DNA of 64,000 nucleotides from assembly GCA_949740535.1 (NCBI GenBank), contig CATJHO010000098.1, positions 2,570-66,569 of the forward strand, written 5' to 3'. The notes below the pieces were generated by a model that saw only the letters and a list, made by a program, of their open reading frames with translations, was not told the DNA's origin and searched no databases. This document shows positions 18,745-28,845 of the stretch, one piece after another. This stretch comes from an uncultured Lachnospiraceae bacterium (GTDB lineage Bacteria; Bacillota; Clostridia; Lachnospirales; Lachnospiraceae). The translations under genes and the position numbers were made by a program. Within the stretch, counting starts at the first letter, position 1. Each line of letters begins with the position of its first letter.

Positions 18745-20472
18745 TCAGTGTGTATGGTATAATTTTTCATAGATCCCATGGAGCTTTATAAGCTCCTCAT
18801 GGGTGCCCTGCTCCTCGATTCCGTTCTCTGTCAGAACCAGGATCCGCTGGGCATTGCGGATGGTTGACAGGCGGTGGGCAATTACAAAGGTTGTCCGGTT
18901 CCTGGCCAGATGCTCCAAAGATTCCTGCACCACCCGCTCACTCTCGTTATCCAGTGCGGAAGTTGCCTCATCAAAAATCAGAATGGGCGGATTCTTCAAA
19001 AACACGCGGGCGATGGAAATCCGCTGTTTCTGTCCGCCGGAGAGCTTCACCCCCCGCTGGCCGATATCCGTATCGTATCCATCCGGCAGTTCCATGATAA
19101 AAGAATGGGCATTGGCATTCCTGGCCGCCTCCATCACTTCTTCCCGGCTGGCGTCCGGCCTTCCGTAAAGAATGTTGTCCAGCACCGTACCTGCAAAGAG
19201 GTACACATCCTGCTGCACAATTCCGATATTGCTGCGCAGACTCTTCAGAGTTATATCCCTTACATCCACCCCGTCTATACGCACACTGCCGGAGGTCACA
19301 TCATAAAACCTGGGAATCAGACTGCAGAGTGTAGTTTTTCCTCCGCCGGAAGAGCCTGCCAGAGCCACATAACTTCCTGCGGGAACGGAAAGGCTTACCT
19401 GATCCAGCACGGTCTCCGTATTCTCCTCATACCGGAAGGACACATCCTGGAAATCCACCTGTCCCTTCACATCCATAAGAGGCCTGGCATCCTTTCTGTC
19501 AGCAATATCCGGCTCAATCTCCATGATCTCCCGGAATCTCACATATCCGGAATACCCGTTTTGAAACTGCTCTGTAAAGTTAATCAGCTTTTTCACCGGC
19601 TCCGTAAAATTGGCAATATACAGAAGAAACGTAATCAGATCCGTCACTTCCATGGAAGCTGTGGTAATCAGCCTTGCTCCCACAAGAACAACCGCGATGG
19701 TAACTCCCGTCAGCATGGCATTCAGCACTGAATGGTAGGTGCCCATATAAAGATAGTTTTTCCGCTTTGTTTCCAGAAACCGATGATTTCCCTCTTCAAA
19801 TTTATGAAACTCTATCTCCTCGTTGGCAAAGGACTTCACCACCCGGATACCGGAGAGATTGTCCTCAATCTGGCCGTTGATATCCGCCATTTTCACCCGG
19901 TTCTGTTTAAACACATATTTCATCTTCCGGTTCAGGAAAACAGCAAAGGCAAAAATAAAGGGCAGAAAACAGACCACAGCCAGCGTCAGCCTCACGTTAA
20001 TATTCCAGAGAATGACAAGCGCTCCCACAATCTTGATCAGGGAGATGGTCACATCCTCCGGACCGTGATGCAGAAGCTCCGTAATTTCAAAGAGATCATT
20101 TGTCACTCTGGACATCAGCTGTCCCACCTTCTGGTTATCATAGAAAGTAAAGGAAAGCTTCTGATAGTGGGCAAAAATCTCATTGCGCATGCCGTACTCC
20201 ATCCGCGCCCCCATCATATGTCCCCAATAGGTAATATAAAAATTGCATATAAGCTCCACCACCAGAAGCAGCAGCATAAATGCCGTCAAAGTCAGAATGG
20301 TGTGCCAGGCCGTACTGCTTTCCTGATAAATGACCTGATTGGTAATATAACGCACAATCAGCGGAACCGCAAGGCTGACACCGGCCCCCGTCACTGCAAA
20401 AAGCAGATCCAACGCAAGAAGCCCCCTGTAGGGCTTATAGTAAGAAAGCAGAGATTTCTTTTTTGTATTCAT
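18745..20472 (-). CDS. ABC exporter, fused permease/ATPase (MsbA/Sav1866-like)
   Basis: TM domain plus GSSGGGKTT, LSGGQKQRISIAR, DEATSALD, IAHRLST; start set at MNTKKK (GGTGG RBS). Confidence 0.92.
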   Translation of the reverse strand: MNTKKKSLLSYYKPYRGLLALDLLFAVTGAGVSLAVPLIVRYITNQVIYQESSTAWHTILTLTAFMLLLLVVELICNFYITYWGHMMGARMEYGMRNEIFAHYQKLSFTFYDNQKVGQLMSRVTNDLFEITELLHHGPEDVTISLIKIVGALVILWNINVRLTLAVVCFLPFIFAFAVFLNRKMKYVFKQNRVKMADINGQIEDNLSGIRVVKSFANEEIEFHKFEEGNHRFLETKRKNYLYMGTYHSVLNAMLTGVTIAVVLVGARLITTASMEVTDLITFLLYIANFTEPVKKLINFTEQFQNGYSGYVRFREIMEIEPDIADRKDARPLMDVKGQVDFQDVSFRYEENTETVLDQVSLSVPAGSYVALAGSSGGGKTTLCSLIPRFYDVTSGSVRIDGVDVRDITLKSLRSNIGIVQQDVYLFAGTVLDNILYGRPDASREEVMEAARNANAHSFIMELPDGYDTDIGQRGVKLSGGQKQRISIARVFLKNPPILIFDEATSALDNESERVVQESLEHLARNRTTFVIAHRLSTIRNAQRILVLTENGIEEQGTHEELIKLHGIYEKLYHTH

Positions 20473-20482
20473 AGTCCACCTG

Positions 20483-20562
20483 AAAAACAGGGGGAGCTGC
20501 CGCAGAACAACCAGGTACAGCAAAAACAGCTGTTGGTCGATTTCGCGGCATCCCCGCCCTGT
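20483..20562 (-). terminator. long imperfect hairpin followed by U5 between nucleotidyltransferase and ABC exporter
   Basis: ACAGGG/CCCTGT, TGCCGC/GCGGCA and ACCA/TGGT stems; minus-strand T-tract at 20483-20487. Confidence 0.55.
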
Positions 20563-20571
20563 CGCAATCTT

Positions 20572-21492
20572 TTATGAGAATAGCTTCTCTTTATATACTC
20601 CGTCAGCAATCAGCTTCTTAAAGGAATCTACAACTGACTGTTTATCTTCCTTATAGGTAACGCCGAACCACTTATCCTTGGTCTCCAGCACGCGGACTGA
20701 AGCTTTCTGCTCCTTTAAAAGTCCGTCAATGATTCCCGGAAGCAGATACTCAGCCTTCAGATCTCCCGGCTTTACATTGCCCAGGAACTCAATAAAGCCC
20801 TTCTCGATCTCATCCAGCAATTCTGGAGTCAGTCCCCACATATTCATGGACACATAGCTTTCTGCATCCACCGGTACCAGTTTTCCGTCTTCGCCAGGTA
20901 CCGCCGCTCCGCCGTCAGGAAGCTTCTCGATCCCGGAAGTCTCCACCACATCCGTCAGATATCCGTTCTCTACCTTGCAGATTCCTCTGGTAACAGCACC
21001 ATTGTCACTGAGAGTATTACCCAAAATAAAGCCTGCCATGCAGAAATCAAGCATTCCATTATCCGGATGTTCCTGGATCAGATAATCATGCACCTTTACA
21101 AAAGCTTCTTTCCCATAGTAGTCATCTGCATTGATTACTACAAAAGGCTCTTTGAGAAGGCCCTTACAGCTTAAAACTGCCTGGCCGGTTCCCCATGGTT
21201 TGGTACGTCCTTCCGGATTTTTAAAGCCGCCTGGCAGATTCTCCAGCTCCTGGAACGCGTATTCCACTTCGGTCAGCTTCTCAATGCGGTTACCGATGAT
21301 TTCGCGGAAATCCTTCTCCAAATCCCTGCGGATAATGAACACTACCTTGTTAAAACCTGCCTCCAGAGCGTCATGAATGGAATAATCCATAATGATCTCG
21401 CCGCTTGGCCCCACAGGCTCTAACTGCTTGATCCCGCCGCCAAAGCGGCTTCCGATACCGGCTGCCATTACCACTAATGCTGTTTTTTTCAT
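20572..21492 (-). CDS. sugar-phosphate nucleotidyltransferase
   Basis: VVMAAGIGSRFGG..KQ, RTKPWGTGQA, INADDYYG. Confidence 0.88.
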   Translation of the reverse strand: MKKTALVVMAAGIGSRFGGGIKQLEPVGPSGEIIMDYSIHDALEAGFNKVVFIIRRDLEKDFREIIGNRIEKLTEVEYAFQELENLPGGFKNPEGRTKPWGTGQAVLSCKGLLKEPFVVINADDYYGKEAFVKVHDYLIQEHPDNGMLDFCMAGFILGNTLSDNGAVTRGICKVENGYLTDVVETSGIEKLPDGGAAVPGEDGKLVPVDAESYVSMNMWGLTPELLDEIEKGFIEFLGNVKPGDLKAEYLLPGIIDGLLKEQKASVRVLETKDKWFGVTYKEDKQSVVDSFKKLIADGVYKEKLFS

Positions 21493-21531
21493 GCTTCTTC
21501 CTCCTTATTTTCCTTCAAATAACTGTCTAAT

Positions 21532-22866
21532 CTATAAGGTTCCTTTCATAGCATTGATAATATGCAGAACATATTCCTCACAAAGCTCATCGCTTAAGGC
21601 TTCCACCATAACCCGAAGCAGGGGCTCGGTTCCGCTCTTGCGCACCAGAACTCTTCCTTCTCCGGCCAGCTTCGCTTCCACATCCGCAATCGCCTTCACC
21701 ACATCCGGATGGTTCAATGTGGCGTCCATATCGGCCACTCTCAGATTCTGCAGGAGCTGGGGATAAATCTTCACCTCTGAAGCCAGAACAGCCAGGGTAG
21801 ATTTCTTCTCCAAAATCACTTCCATAATCTTTAGAGAAGTCAGGATCCCGTCTCCTGTCGTGGCATGCTTGCTGAAGATAATATGTCCTGACTGCTCGCC
21901 GCCCAGCTGAAAGCCGTTGGCGGTCATATTCTCATAGACATATTTGTCACCCACAGCCGTCTTCTCATACTTCATGCCGATCTTGTCACAGGCTTTATAA
22001 AGACCCAGGTTGGACATAACCGTAGTCACAATGGTATTGTGGCGGAGCGCCTTCTGCTCCATCATGTATTTACCGCAGATATAGAGAATCCGGTCTCCGT
22101 CTACTACATTTCCATTCTCATCTACCGCCAGACAGCGGTCCGCATCTCCGTCATAGGCAAAGCCTACATCCAGATGCTTCTCCTTTACAAACTGCTGCAG
22201 GGCCTCGATATGGGTGGAGCCGCAGTTCGTATTGATATTGGTGCCGTCCGGGTCATTGTTGATCACATAAGTCTTGGCACCCAGCGCATCAAATACGCTC
22301 TTGGCAATGGCTGAAGCGCTGCCGTTGGAGCAGTCCAGTCCTACCCGCATATTCTTAAAGGAACGGGTGGGCAGCGATATCAGATATCCCAGGTAACGAT
22401 TCCGGCCGGCTGCAAAGTCAATGGTTCTTCCAATGTCTTCCCCTGTGGCCAGAGGGCGCTCCTCCACTTCTCCGTCAATGTATTTCTCAATCTTTTCCTC
22501 AACCTCTGCCTCCAGTTTGTGCCCCAGGCCGTTGATAACCTTGATTCCATTGTCATAAAAGGGGTTGTGGCTGGCAGAAATCATAATGCCGCAGTCAAAG
22601 CCCTCCGTCCGTACCACATAAGAGACGCTGGGAGTTGTGGTTACATGCAGAAGATACGCGTCTGCTCCTGAGGCTGTGATTCCGGCCGCCAGGGCGTATT
22701 CGAACATATAACTGCTTCTTCTTGTATCTTTACCGATTACAATCTGTGCCTTATGGTCCCTTCCATAGTACCATCCCAGGTATCTTCCCACCTTAAAGGC
22801 ATGCTCTACGGTCAGCTTCACATTGGCTTCTCCTCGAAAGCCGTCCGTTCCAAAATATTTTCCCAT
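21532..22866 (-). CDS. glmM: phosphoglucosamine mutase
   Basis: KYFGTDG.RG, ISASHNP, DGDADR, GGEQSGH, RKSGTEP; start MGKYFG with GGAGG RBS. Confidence 0.96.
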   Translation of the reverse strand: MGKYFGTDGFRGEANVKLTVEHAFKVGRYLGWYYGRDHKAQIVIGKDTRRSSYMFEYALAAGITASGADAYLLHVTTTPSVSYVVRTEGFDCGIMISASHNPFYDNGIKVINGLGHKLEAEVEEKIEKYIDGEVEERPLATGEDIGRTIDFAAGRNRYLGYLISLPTRSFKNMRVGLDCSNGSASAIAKSVFDALGAKTYVINNDPDGTNINTNCGSTHIEALQQFVKEKHLDVGFAYDGDADRCLAVDENGNVVDGDRILYICGKYMMEQKALRHNTIVTTVMSNLGLYKACDKIGMKYEKTAVGDKYVYENMTANGFQLGGEQSGHIIFSKHATTGDGILTSLKIMEVILEKKSTLAVLASEVKIYPQLLQNLRVADMDATLNHPDVVKAIADVEAKLAGEGRVLVRKSGTEPLLRVMVEALSDELCEEYVLHIINAMKGTL

Positions 22867-22927
22867 CTTTACTCCTCCACTTATGAATACCCGCAGGACA
22901 GGCTGTTTTCCTGCATTTTGCATTTCT

Positions 22928-22976
22928 ATTATAACAAATAATCGGGATTGCACAAGAGTTATTTTTGCGGTATGCT
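22928..22976. promoter_or_regulatory. overlapping divergent promoters for glmM and the GT-C gene
   Basis: Minus TTGTGC-N16-TATAAT (22955-22928); plus TTGCAC-N17-TATGCT (22948-22976). Confidence 0.5.
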
Positions 22977-23060
22977 AGTTACAACAGTTCAGCACGATAT
23001 CTCGAATGGCGCGGCTGGGCACCCGATAATCCATGACTGATTGTCTCTTCAGGAGGTTTT

Positions 23061-25235
23061 ATGTATACAATTGTACTGTTGCTGCTTGCAGTTTTCACTC
23101 TTTATACCGGGATCTGGTCTTTTGTCCGCTGGGATGCTTCCTGGCTTAGAGATCTGAATGTGCTCCCGGCCAAAATACTGATTATTTTTCTTGCGGTTAT
23201 TTTTCTCTGCGCTGCCTTTTTATTGATCTATGATTCTCTTCAAAGACTTGAGAACCGCAGACTTAAACATCTGTCATATATCTGTATCCTGTTAATCTTT
23301 TTAGGTCAGCTGGTATTTCTGGCCCTGATTCAGCCGTCGCTTCGCTATGATCCATTGAAAACTTTTGATATGGCGGTAGAAATGCTGAATACCCACACCA
23401 TTTCCGGTACTTATGAGACCGGGTATTTTGCCCGTTACACCAATAATTATCCCATCACCATACTAACCTACTGGCTGCTGCTGCTGTTCTCCAGATGTGG
23501 AATGCCGGAATCCTTCTTTATGCCGGCCGTCCAGATCCTCAATATCCTCTGCACCACCGGTTCTGTCTGGTTGGGTTATCTTATCTTCAGGGAGCTTAAG
23601 AACCGCCGGGCCGGCGTCCTCTATCTCATCATCTGTGTTCTCTGCCCGCTTTCTTACGTGTGGGCCGGCTACTATTATACTGCTACGCTTTCCATGCCCT
23701 GCCTGATGGGTATTCTGCATTTGTATCTGCAGTTTTCAAAGACCAGAACGCCTTCCGGCCGTATTCTTCTGGGAGCCGCCCTGGGCCTGGTTCTGGTTCT
23801 GGGTTATAAGCTTCGGGCAACTGCCATAATCGCTATGATCGCTGTGGTTCTTCTGACAGGAATGCGGCTGGCTGCCAGACTGACTGCCCGTAAAGCTCAC
23901 GCGGAATGCATCTCCATTCTCAAGCCGTATCTTCTGCCCGGCGCTGCATTTCTTCTTGCTGCCGCCCTTTCACTGGGTTTCTGGAGTGCAGCCGTGGACC
24001 GTTATGTAAAATTTGATTACAAAAATACGGGATTTCCCGCCATTCACTGGGTCATGATGGGCGCCCGGTGGGATGGAGCCTTCGATCAGACGGATGAAAT
24101 TTTCACCTCTGGTTTTGAAACAAAGGAAGAAAAGACCGCCGCAGACAAGGAAGTCCTTCTGGAGCGGATTCAGGAAGCAGGACCTGCGGGCCTTATCGCC
24201 CTGACCGGCCGGAAGCTTCTGAATACCTGGGCAGACGGCACAGACAGTTATCTGGCGGAGAACAGCTCTGCCTCTTACAGCCGGATCTACGATTACCTTC
24301 TTGGAAATAAAAGCGGCTGTCTGACTGTCTACAGTCAGGCTTTTCGGGTTTTAGAGATGCTGGCAGCAGGACTGGCCGCTGTTTTTGGATGCATTGCTCT
24401 GAAAAGACGGAAATCCGTACCGGAATCTTTTCTCATTCAGCTGACATTTCTTGGAACTATGGCTTTTCACGTTCTGTGGGAGACCAATCCCCTTTACAGC
24501 ATTGGCTTTACCTTCCTGGGATTGATCCTTCTGGCGGACGCAATGATACAGCTGGCCGAAAGCCCTTTCAAAAATCATATCTTTCAAAATGGCTGGATGG
24601 TCTGCAGTGCTTCTTTTCCGTTCCTGCTTCTTCTGCTGTACCTTGGGAAAATCCAGCTGGTGGATACCCCCATTGAAGAGCGGAACTACTGTGTCAACCA
24701 GTATCAGTACGCCGGCGGCTATGACGGGTATGTGAAGGACTATGATCAGACCTATGTACAGACTTTCACCACAGACCGGCCTTTCAACCGTATCGCCGTC
24801 CAGGCCATTAACACTGTGGGCGAATACAATCAGTCTGCCTTCCTCGTGAAGCTCACCGATGAGCATGGACAGGTTCTCTATGACAATGATCGTTTTCTCT
24901 CTGGTATGGTTGTAAAGAACACGCCTTATGAGTTTGTTCTTGACCCCATAACTCCAAATGGCCCTTCCGTCTATACCCTGGAGATCACCCCCGGCTATAT
25001 CAAAGGCGAGGACAGTCTGGAATTTCTCTCCTATAATACCGGCAACTGTGACATGTACTCCGGCGGCCAGCTCACCGTAGGCGGTGAAATACAGGAAAAA
25101 GGAGACCTGGCATTCTCTGTCTATGAATACCAGGTCACCACGTATTTCAATATTAAAGTATATCTTCTGCTCTGTGCAGGGATTCTGCTGATAAGCGGGG
25201 GGATTACGTTTGGGATGTGGAGACGCCGCCCCTAA
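23061..25235 (+). CDS. polytopic membrane protein, putative GT-C glycosyltransferase with C-terminal extracellular domain
   Basis: Many TM helices; RYD in first outer loop, YF..Y.NN, YYYT.T.SM, LWE motifs; paralog of 29661..31856. Confidence 0.7.
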   Translation: MYTIVLLLLAVFTLYTGIWSFVRWDASWLRDLNVLPAKILIIFLAVIFLCAAFLLIYDSLQRLENRRLKHLSYICILLIFLGQLVFLALIQPSLRYDPLKTFDMAVEMLNTHTISGTYETGYFARYTNNYPITILTYWLLLLFSRCGMPESFFMPAVQILNILCTTGSVWLGYLIFRELKNRRAGVLYLIICVLCPLSYVWAGYYYTATLSMPCLMGILHLYLQFSKTRTPSGRILLGAALGLVLVLGYKLRATAIIAMIAVVLLTGMRLAARLTARKAHAECISILKPYLLPGAAFLLAAALSLGFWSAAVDRYVKFDYKNTGFPAIHWVMMGARWDGAFDQTDEIFTSGFETKEEKTAADKEVLLERIQEAGPAGLIALTGRKLLNTWADGTDSYLAENSSASYSRIYDYLLGNKSGCLTVYSQAFRVLEMLAAGLAAVFGCIALKRRKSVPESFLIQLTFLGTMAFHVLWETNPLYSIGFTFLGLILLADAMIQLAESPFKNHIFQNGWMVCSASFPFLLLLLYLGKIQLVDTPIEERNYCVNQYQYAGGYDGYVKDYDQTYVQTFTTDRPFNRIAVQAINTVGEYNQSAFLVKLTDEHGQVLYDNDRFLSGMVVKNTPYEFVLDPITPNGPSVYTLEITPGYIKGEDSLEFLSYNTGNCDMYSGGQLTVGGEIQEKGDLAFSVYEYQVTTYFNIKVYLLLCAGILLISGGITFGMWRRRP

Positions 25236-25243
25236 TCTCTGTA

Positions 25244-26773
25244 TTAATTCCCCAAAAGCAGATACGGATCCTTCCGGTTCCGATACACCACTTCCACATC
25301 CTGCAGTGCTTCCTCATACCTGTTATACTGCTCATAATCTATGTACAGCACTGCAGGCTCTTTCTCTTCCAAAAATCCCATCACACCGCCGTCCATACAG
25401 TGAAAATCTCCGCTGATTTCCGCCACAAAAAGCATATTCTGATCCCAGGAGCCCAGATTCTCCGGTTTTTCGGTCGGGACCATCACATACGCCTTCTGTC
25501 CCCTGTACTCGGATTTCCAGTCTGCGCTTTCCTGTATATACATCTGAAAAGGATCTCCATGAGCTCCCCGTATTACATCCAGATAGGTATCCCTCATAAA
25601 ATAAACTGTTAAGAAGATACCGGCCGCAAGCGCCAGCCACTTCCCTCCAGCCCGGAATATACTTTTTTCTTCTGCCTCTGCCGCAGAATACTTCAGTATA
25701 CGTCCCAGGAAGACAGCCGCTCCCAGAAACAAGGGCACAGTACAGGGATAGCAGTACCAGATAAGCTTTGTCCGAATCAGAGAAAACCCCAGAAAAGGAA
25801 CCAGAAACCACAGGAGATACCCCATCCCCTCCTGGAGCGCCAGACGGTCCCAGGACTTCTTCCAATACATCAATGCCAGCCCCACAGCAATTCCCACAAT
25901 ACAGATCAGCAGAAGCCACCGATAAATAAACTCCGCGTTTCCAAATACGGTATCGTAGTAAAAAGAAAAGGGGAAAGCGTGCCCTTCAAAATCTGCTCCC
26001 CCTGTCCGGGCCAGCAGATCCACTTCCACCATTTTCTTAAGAAAGAAAAATCCATCCCTGGTATAGCGCCAGCCAAACCAGGCCAAAAGAGGTCCGAAAA
26101 TAGACAACAGGAAAAGTCCCCATTCCTTAAGCTTCAGAGAAAAAAGCTCCTTTGTAAGCAACAGATAAAGGCCGCCAATCACGGCAATCATCCCCGCATG
26201 CCAGCTCTTGGTAAGAAAGGCCAGGGAAAATAAAAAACCGCAGGCATACAGATTTCGATGGTTTTCCCGGATCCGAAGCATGGCCAGCATGGCAAAGGTA
26301 AAAAACAACAGGTACAGGGAATCCGCATCCCCGGAACGGGCCAGGTGGGCCGACAAAGGCCTGGCATTGGCGCAGAAAAAGCCCAGTACCAGTATGGAAG
26401 CTTCCTTGCTGTAACGTTTCGCAAAAAGACTGCATCCCATCCCGGTAACCAGATAGGCCAGGGCAGAAGAAAACCGCAGACCAAAAACACTATAGCCAAA
26501 CAGCCGGAATCCCAGCACAATTCCCCAATAGCTGATGGATGGCTTTAAGTTCCAGTCGTCCACCTCATAATTGTAGGTGTGCTGAATATAATCTCCGTTC
26601 TGTATCATCTCATAGGCATTGACCCCATGTCTGGCCTCATCCCAGGAATCCACATACTGCACATCCAGACACCGGAAGCAGTAGAATGCCAGGGTAAGAA
26701 CAGCTGCCCCAAAAAAGAACCAATAATATTTTTCAAAAAAACGGACAGCTGTCCGATAACTTTTAGCCAGCAT
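25244..26773 (-). CDS. ArnT/GT39-like membrane glycosyltransferase
   Basis: SWDEARHG.NAYEM, KP.I.YW, FGLR..SA, RSGD.D, LAFLTKS. Confidence 0.85.
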   Translation of the reverse strand: MLAKSYRTAVRFFEKYYWFFFGAAVLTLAFYCFRCLDVQYVDSWDEARHGVNAYEMIQNGDYIQHTYNYEVDDWNLKPSISYWGIVLGFRLFGYSVFGLRFSSALAYLVTGMGCSLFAKRYSKEASILVLGFFCANARPLSAHLARSGDADSLYLLFFTFAMLAMLRIRENHRNLYACGFLFSLAFLTKSWHAGMIAVIGGLYLLLTKELFSLKLKEWGLFLLSIFGPLLAWFGWRYTRDGFFFLKKMVEVDLLARTGGADFEGHAFPFSFYYDTVFGNAEFIYRWLLLICIVGIAVGLALMYWKKSWDRLALQEGMGYLLWFLVPFLGFSLIRTKLIWYCYPCTVPLFLGAAVFLGRILKYSAAEAEEKSIFRAGGKWLALAAGIFLTVYFMRDTYLDVIRGAHGDPFQMYIQESADWKSEYRGQKAYVMVPTEKPENLGSWDQNMLFVAEISGDFHCMDGGVMGFLEEKEPAVLYIDYEQYNRYEEALQDVEVVYRNRKDPYLLLGN

Positions 26774-27893
26774 CTTCTGCTCCTATTCCAGTACCGCAGT
26801 TCCCTCCCACAGTCCCAGGCAGGGTCCCGCAGTACACGCTGTACATGACGTCTGCGAACTGCTGATCCCCTGCGTCTCCCGGATGCAGCGCATCTCCATC
26901 CTCAAAGTTCTCCCTGCTGTTGTGCATCAGCGCCAGTGGAATCAGGGTTACGCCGGGCATATCTCCGAACTTCTTATCCATAGCTTTCATCAGTGTCATA
27001 ATCCGCTTGTCACTGCGGGCTTTGAATTCGCCCTGCAGAAAAGCCTCTCCGTCCTGACGGACCATGGTTCCGATCTTCTCCTGATCTCCCCAGTAAATGG
27101 TATTGACCAGATAGATGGGAATCTCCTTGTCATGTCTGCGGATATTGTCAACCATCTGACCGATGGCTTCCACCGTATCGGAGGGATCGTCCTTGAGTCC
27201 GTTGGTCCCAAGAAAAATCTGGATTACATCCGGATCCTTTCCCGTGTAGAGCTTGTAATAATTCCAGTCAAACATTTCCTGAACCGGATCATAAAAAGGC
27301 TGAATTCCCTCGCTGATCCCTTCCGAAAAGTATTCTGTGGGTTTCAGGTAGTCTTCCGCAGAAAAGCCGCTCCTGCCTTCATGGCTGTATTTCGTCCAGC
27401 CTCTTGTTCCCGTAAACGTAATCTGTCCATCGGACAAATAGAAAATGGTGCGGTACCATTCCCGGCCGTTGGACAGACTGTCTCCCATATTCAGAATCGA
27501 GTACTCCTCCTCAAGCACCTCACTTACCACATGGATGGTACTCCGGAGCGTTAAAAGCTCATTGATATTGTAATCGTAAATGGTCAGATTCAGGGAATAA
27601 TCCCCTATCTGCTCTTCCTTTCCCGTAATGGAGAACCGATCCTCCAGATTCTGCCCCACCGGACAGTCCCAGTTGAAAGAATATCCTTCCCGGATTCCCG
27701 TCCACGCCACCTGGTCATTGTAAAGCTCTATGGTGCTTCCCACTGCTACATAGATATCCTCCGGCAGATAGGCCTCTATCTGTGGCTCCTGATAGGATTT
27801 CAGCTCCTTCCAGAGACGGATGTTCCAGAACAGCATACCTGCCAGCAGAAGGGAAAGAGCCGCCGCAATCGGTTTGTATTTATTCTGCATCAT
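26763..27893 (-). CDS. SGNH/GDSL hydrolase with N-terminal membrane anchor
   Basis: GDSLS, HEGRSG, FLGTN, DALHP blocks; start moved to MMQNKY (overlaps GT2 stop). Confidence 0.8.
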   Translation of the reverse strand: MMQNKYKPIAAALSLLLAGMLFWNIRLWKELKSYQEPQIEAYLPEDIYVAVGSTIELYNDQVAWTGIREGYSFNWDCPVGQNLEDRFSITGKEEQIGDYSLNLTIYDYNINELLTLRSTIHVVSEVLEEEYSILNMGDSLSNGREWYRTIFYLSDGQITFTGTRGWTKYSHEGRSGFSAEDYLKPTEYFSEGISEGIQPFYDPVQEMFDWNYYKLYTGKDPDVIQIFLGTNGLKDDPSDTVEAIGQMVDNIRRHDKEIPIYLVNTIYWGDQEKIGTMVRQDGEAFLQGEFKARSDKRIMTLMKAMDKKFGDMPGVTLIPLALMHNSRENFEDGDALHPGDAGDQQFADVMYSVYCGTLPGTVGGNCGTGIGAEDAG

Positions 27894-28824
27894 GACTGAT
27901 ATTGGTCTCCTTACAGATAAAGATGGGACGACGCTTGGTCTCCATATAAGTTTTTGCCAGATACTCTCCCAGAATTCCCATACAGAACAGCTGAATTCCA
28001 CCCAGGAATACAATGATACAGGTCATGGAAGGCCAGCCGGATACCGGATCTCCATAGAGAGCCGTGCGGATAATAATAAAGCAGATGGCAGTAAACGCCA
28101 CTACGCAGAAGAAAACTCCCAGAAACGCAGCCATCACCAGCGGTGCTGTAGTAAAACCCACAATACCCTCAATGCTGTAGATCAGAAGCTTCCAGAAGGA
28201 CCACTTGGTTTCCCCTGCACTGCGCTCCACATTCTCATATTCCAGCCACTTGGTACGAAACCCCACCCATCCGAACAGGCCTTTGGAAAACCGGTTGTAC
28301 TCTCCTAAGCGTAGCAGCTCCCTTACAAACTGCCGCGTCATCAGACGATAGTCTCTGGCCCCGTCCACAATGTCCGTCTTGGACAATTTGTGCATCAGCC
28401 CATAAAATCTTCTGGCAAAGAAAGAACGGATAGGCGGCTCCCCTTTTCGTGTCACCCGCCTGGTTGCTACACAGTCATAATCCTCCGTGGTAATCAGCCG
28501 GTACATTTCCGGCAGGAGCTCCGGCGGATCCTGCAGATCCACATCCATAATCGCTGCATAATCCCCGTCTGCATAGCTTAAGCCCGCATACATGGCAGCT
28601 TCCTTTCCAAAATTCCGGGAAAAGCTCACATATTTTACTCTTTCATCCTTTTCGGCCAGCTGCTTCATTTCCTTCAGGCTTCCATCTGTGGATCCGTCAT
28701 TGATGAACAAAAACTCCATCTGAAGGTCCAAAAGGGACTCCGCCGTCTTAGTAATCGCATGATAAAAAATAGGAATGGCCTCCTGCTCATTGTAGCAGGG
28801 TATAATTATCGAAATTTTATCCAT
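27880..28824 (-). CDS. GT2 polyprenyl-phosphate glycosyltransferase (GtrB/ArnC/YkoT-like)
   Basis: IIPCYNE, DGSTD, FSRNFGKEAA, DVDLQDPP, two C-terminal TMs, GEYL. Confidence 0.92.
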   Translation of the reverse strand: MDKISIIIPCYNEQEAIPIFYHAITKTAESLLDLQMEFLFINDGSTDGSLKEMKQLAEKDERVKYVSFSRNFGKEAAMYAGLSYADGDYAAIMDVDLQDPPELLPEMYRLITTEDYDCVATRRVTRKGEPPIRSFFARRFYGLMHKLSKTDIVDGARDYRLMTRQFVRELLRLGEYNRFSKGLFGWVGFRTKWLEYENVERSAGETKWSFWKLLIYSIEGIVGFTTAPLVMAAFLGVFFCVVAFTAICFIIIRTALYGDPVSGWPSMTCIIVFLGGIQLFCMGILGEYLAKTYMETKRRPIFICKETNISHDAE

Positions 28825-28845
28825 TGGTTTCTCTCATTCTCTCCG

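Noticed and set aside
18874-20577. Long + strand ORFs (285 and 281 aa) opposite the ABC exporter
   Set aside because: Antisense shadows of a well-supported gene; no RBS or recognisable motifs
27894-28013. N-terminal extension of the SGNH ORF
   Set aside because: Lies inside the upstream GT2; the signal-anchor begins after MMQNKY
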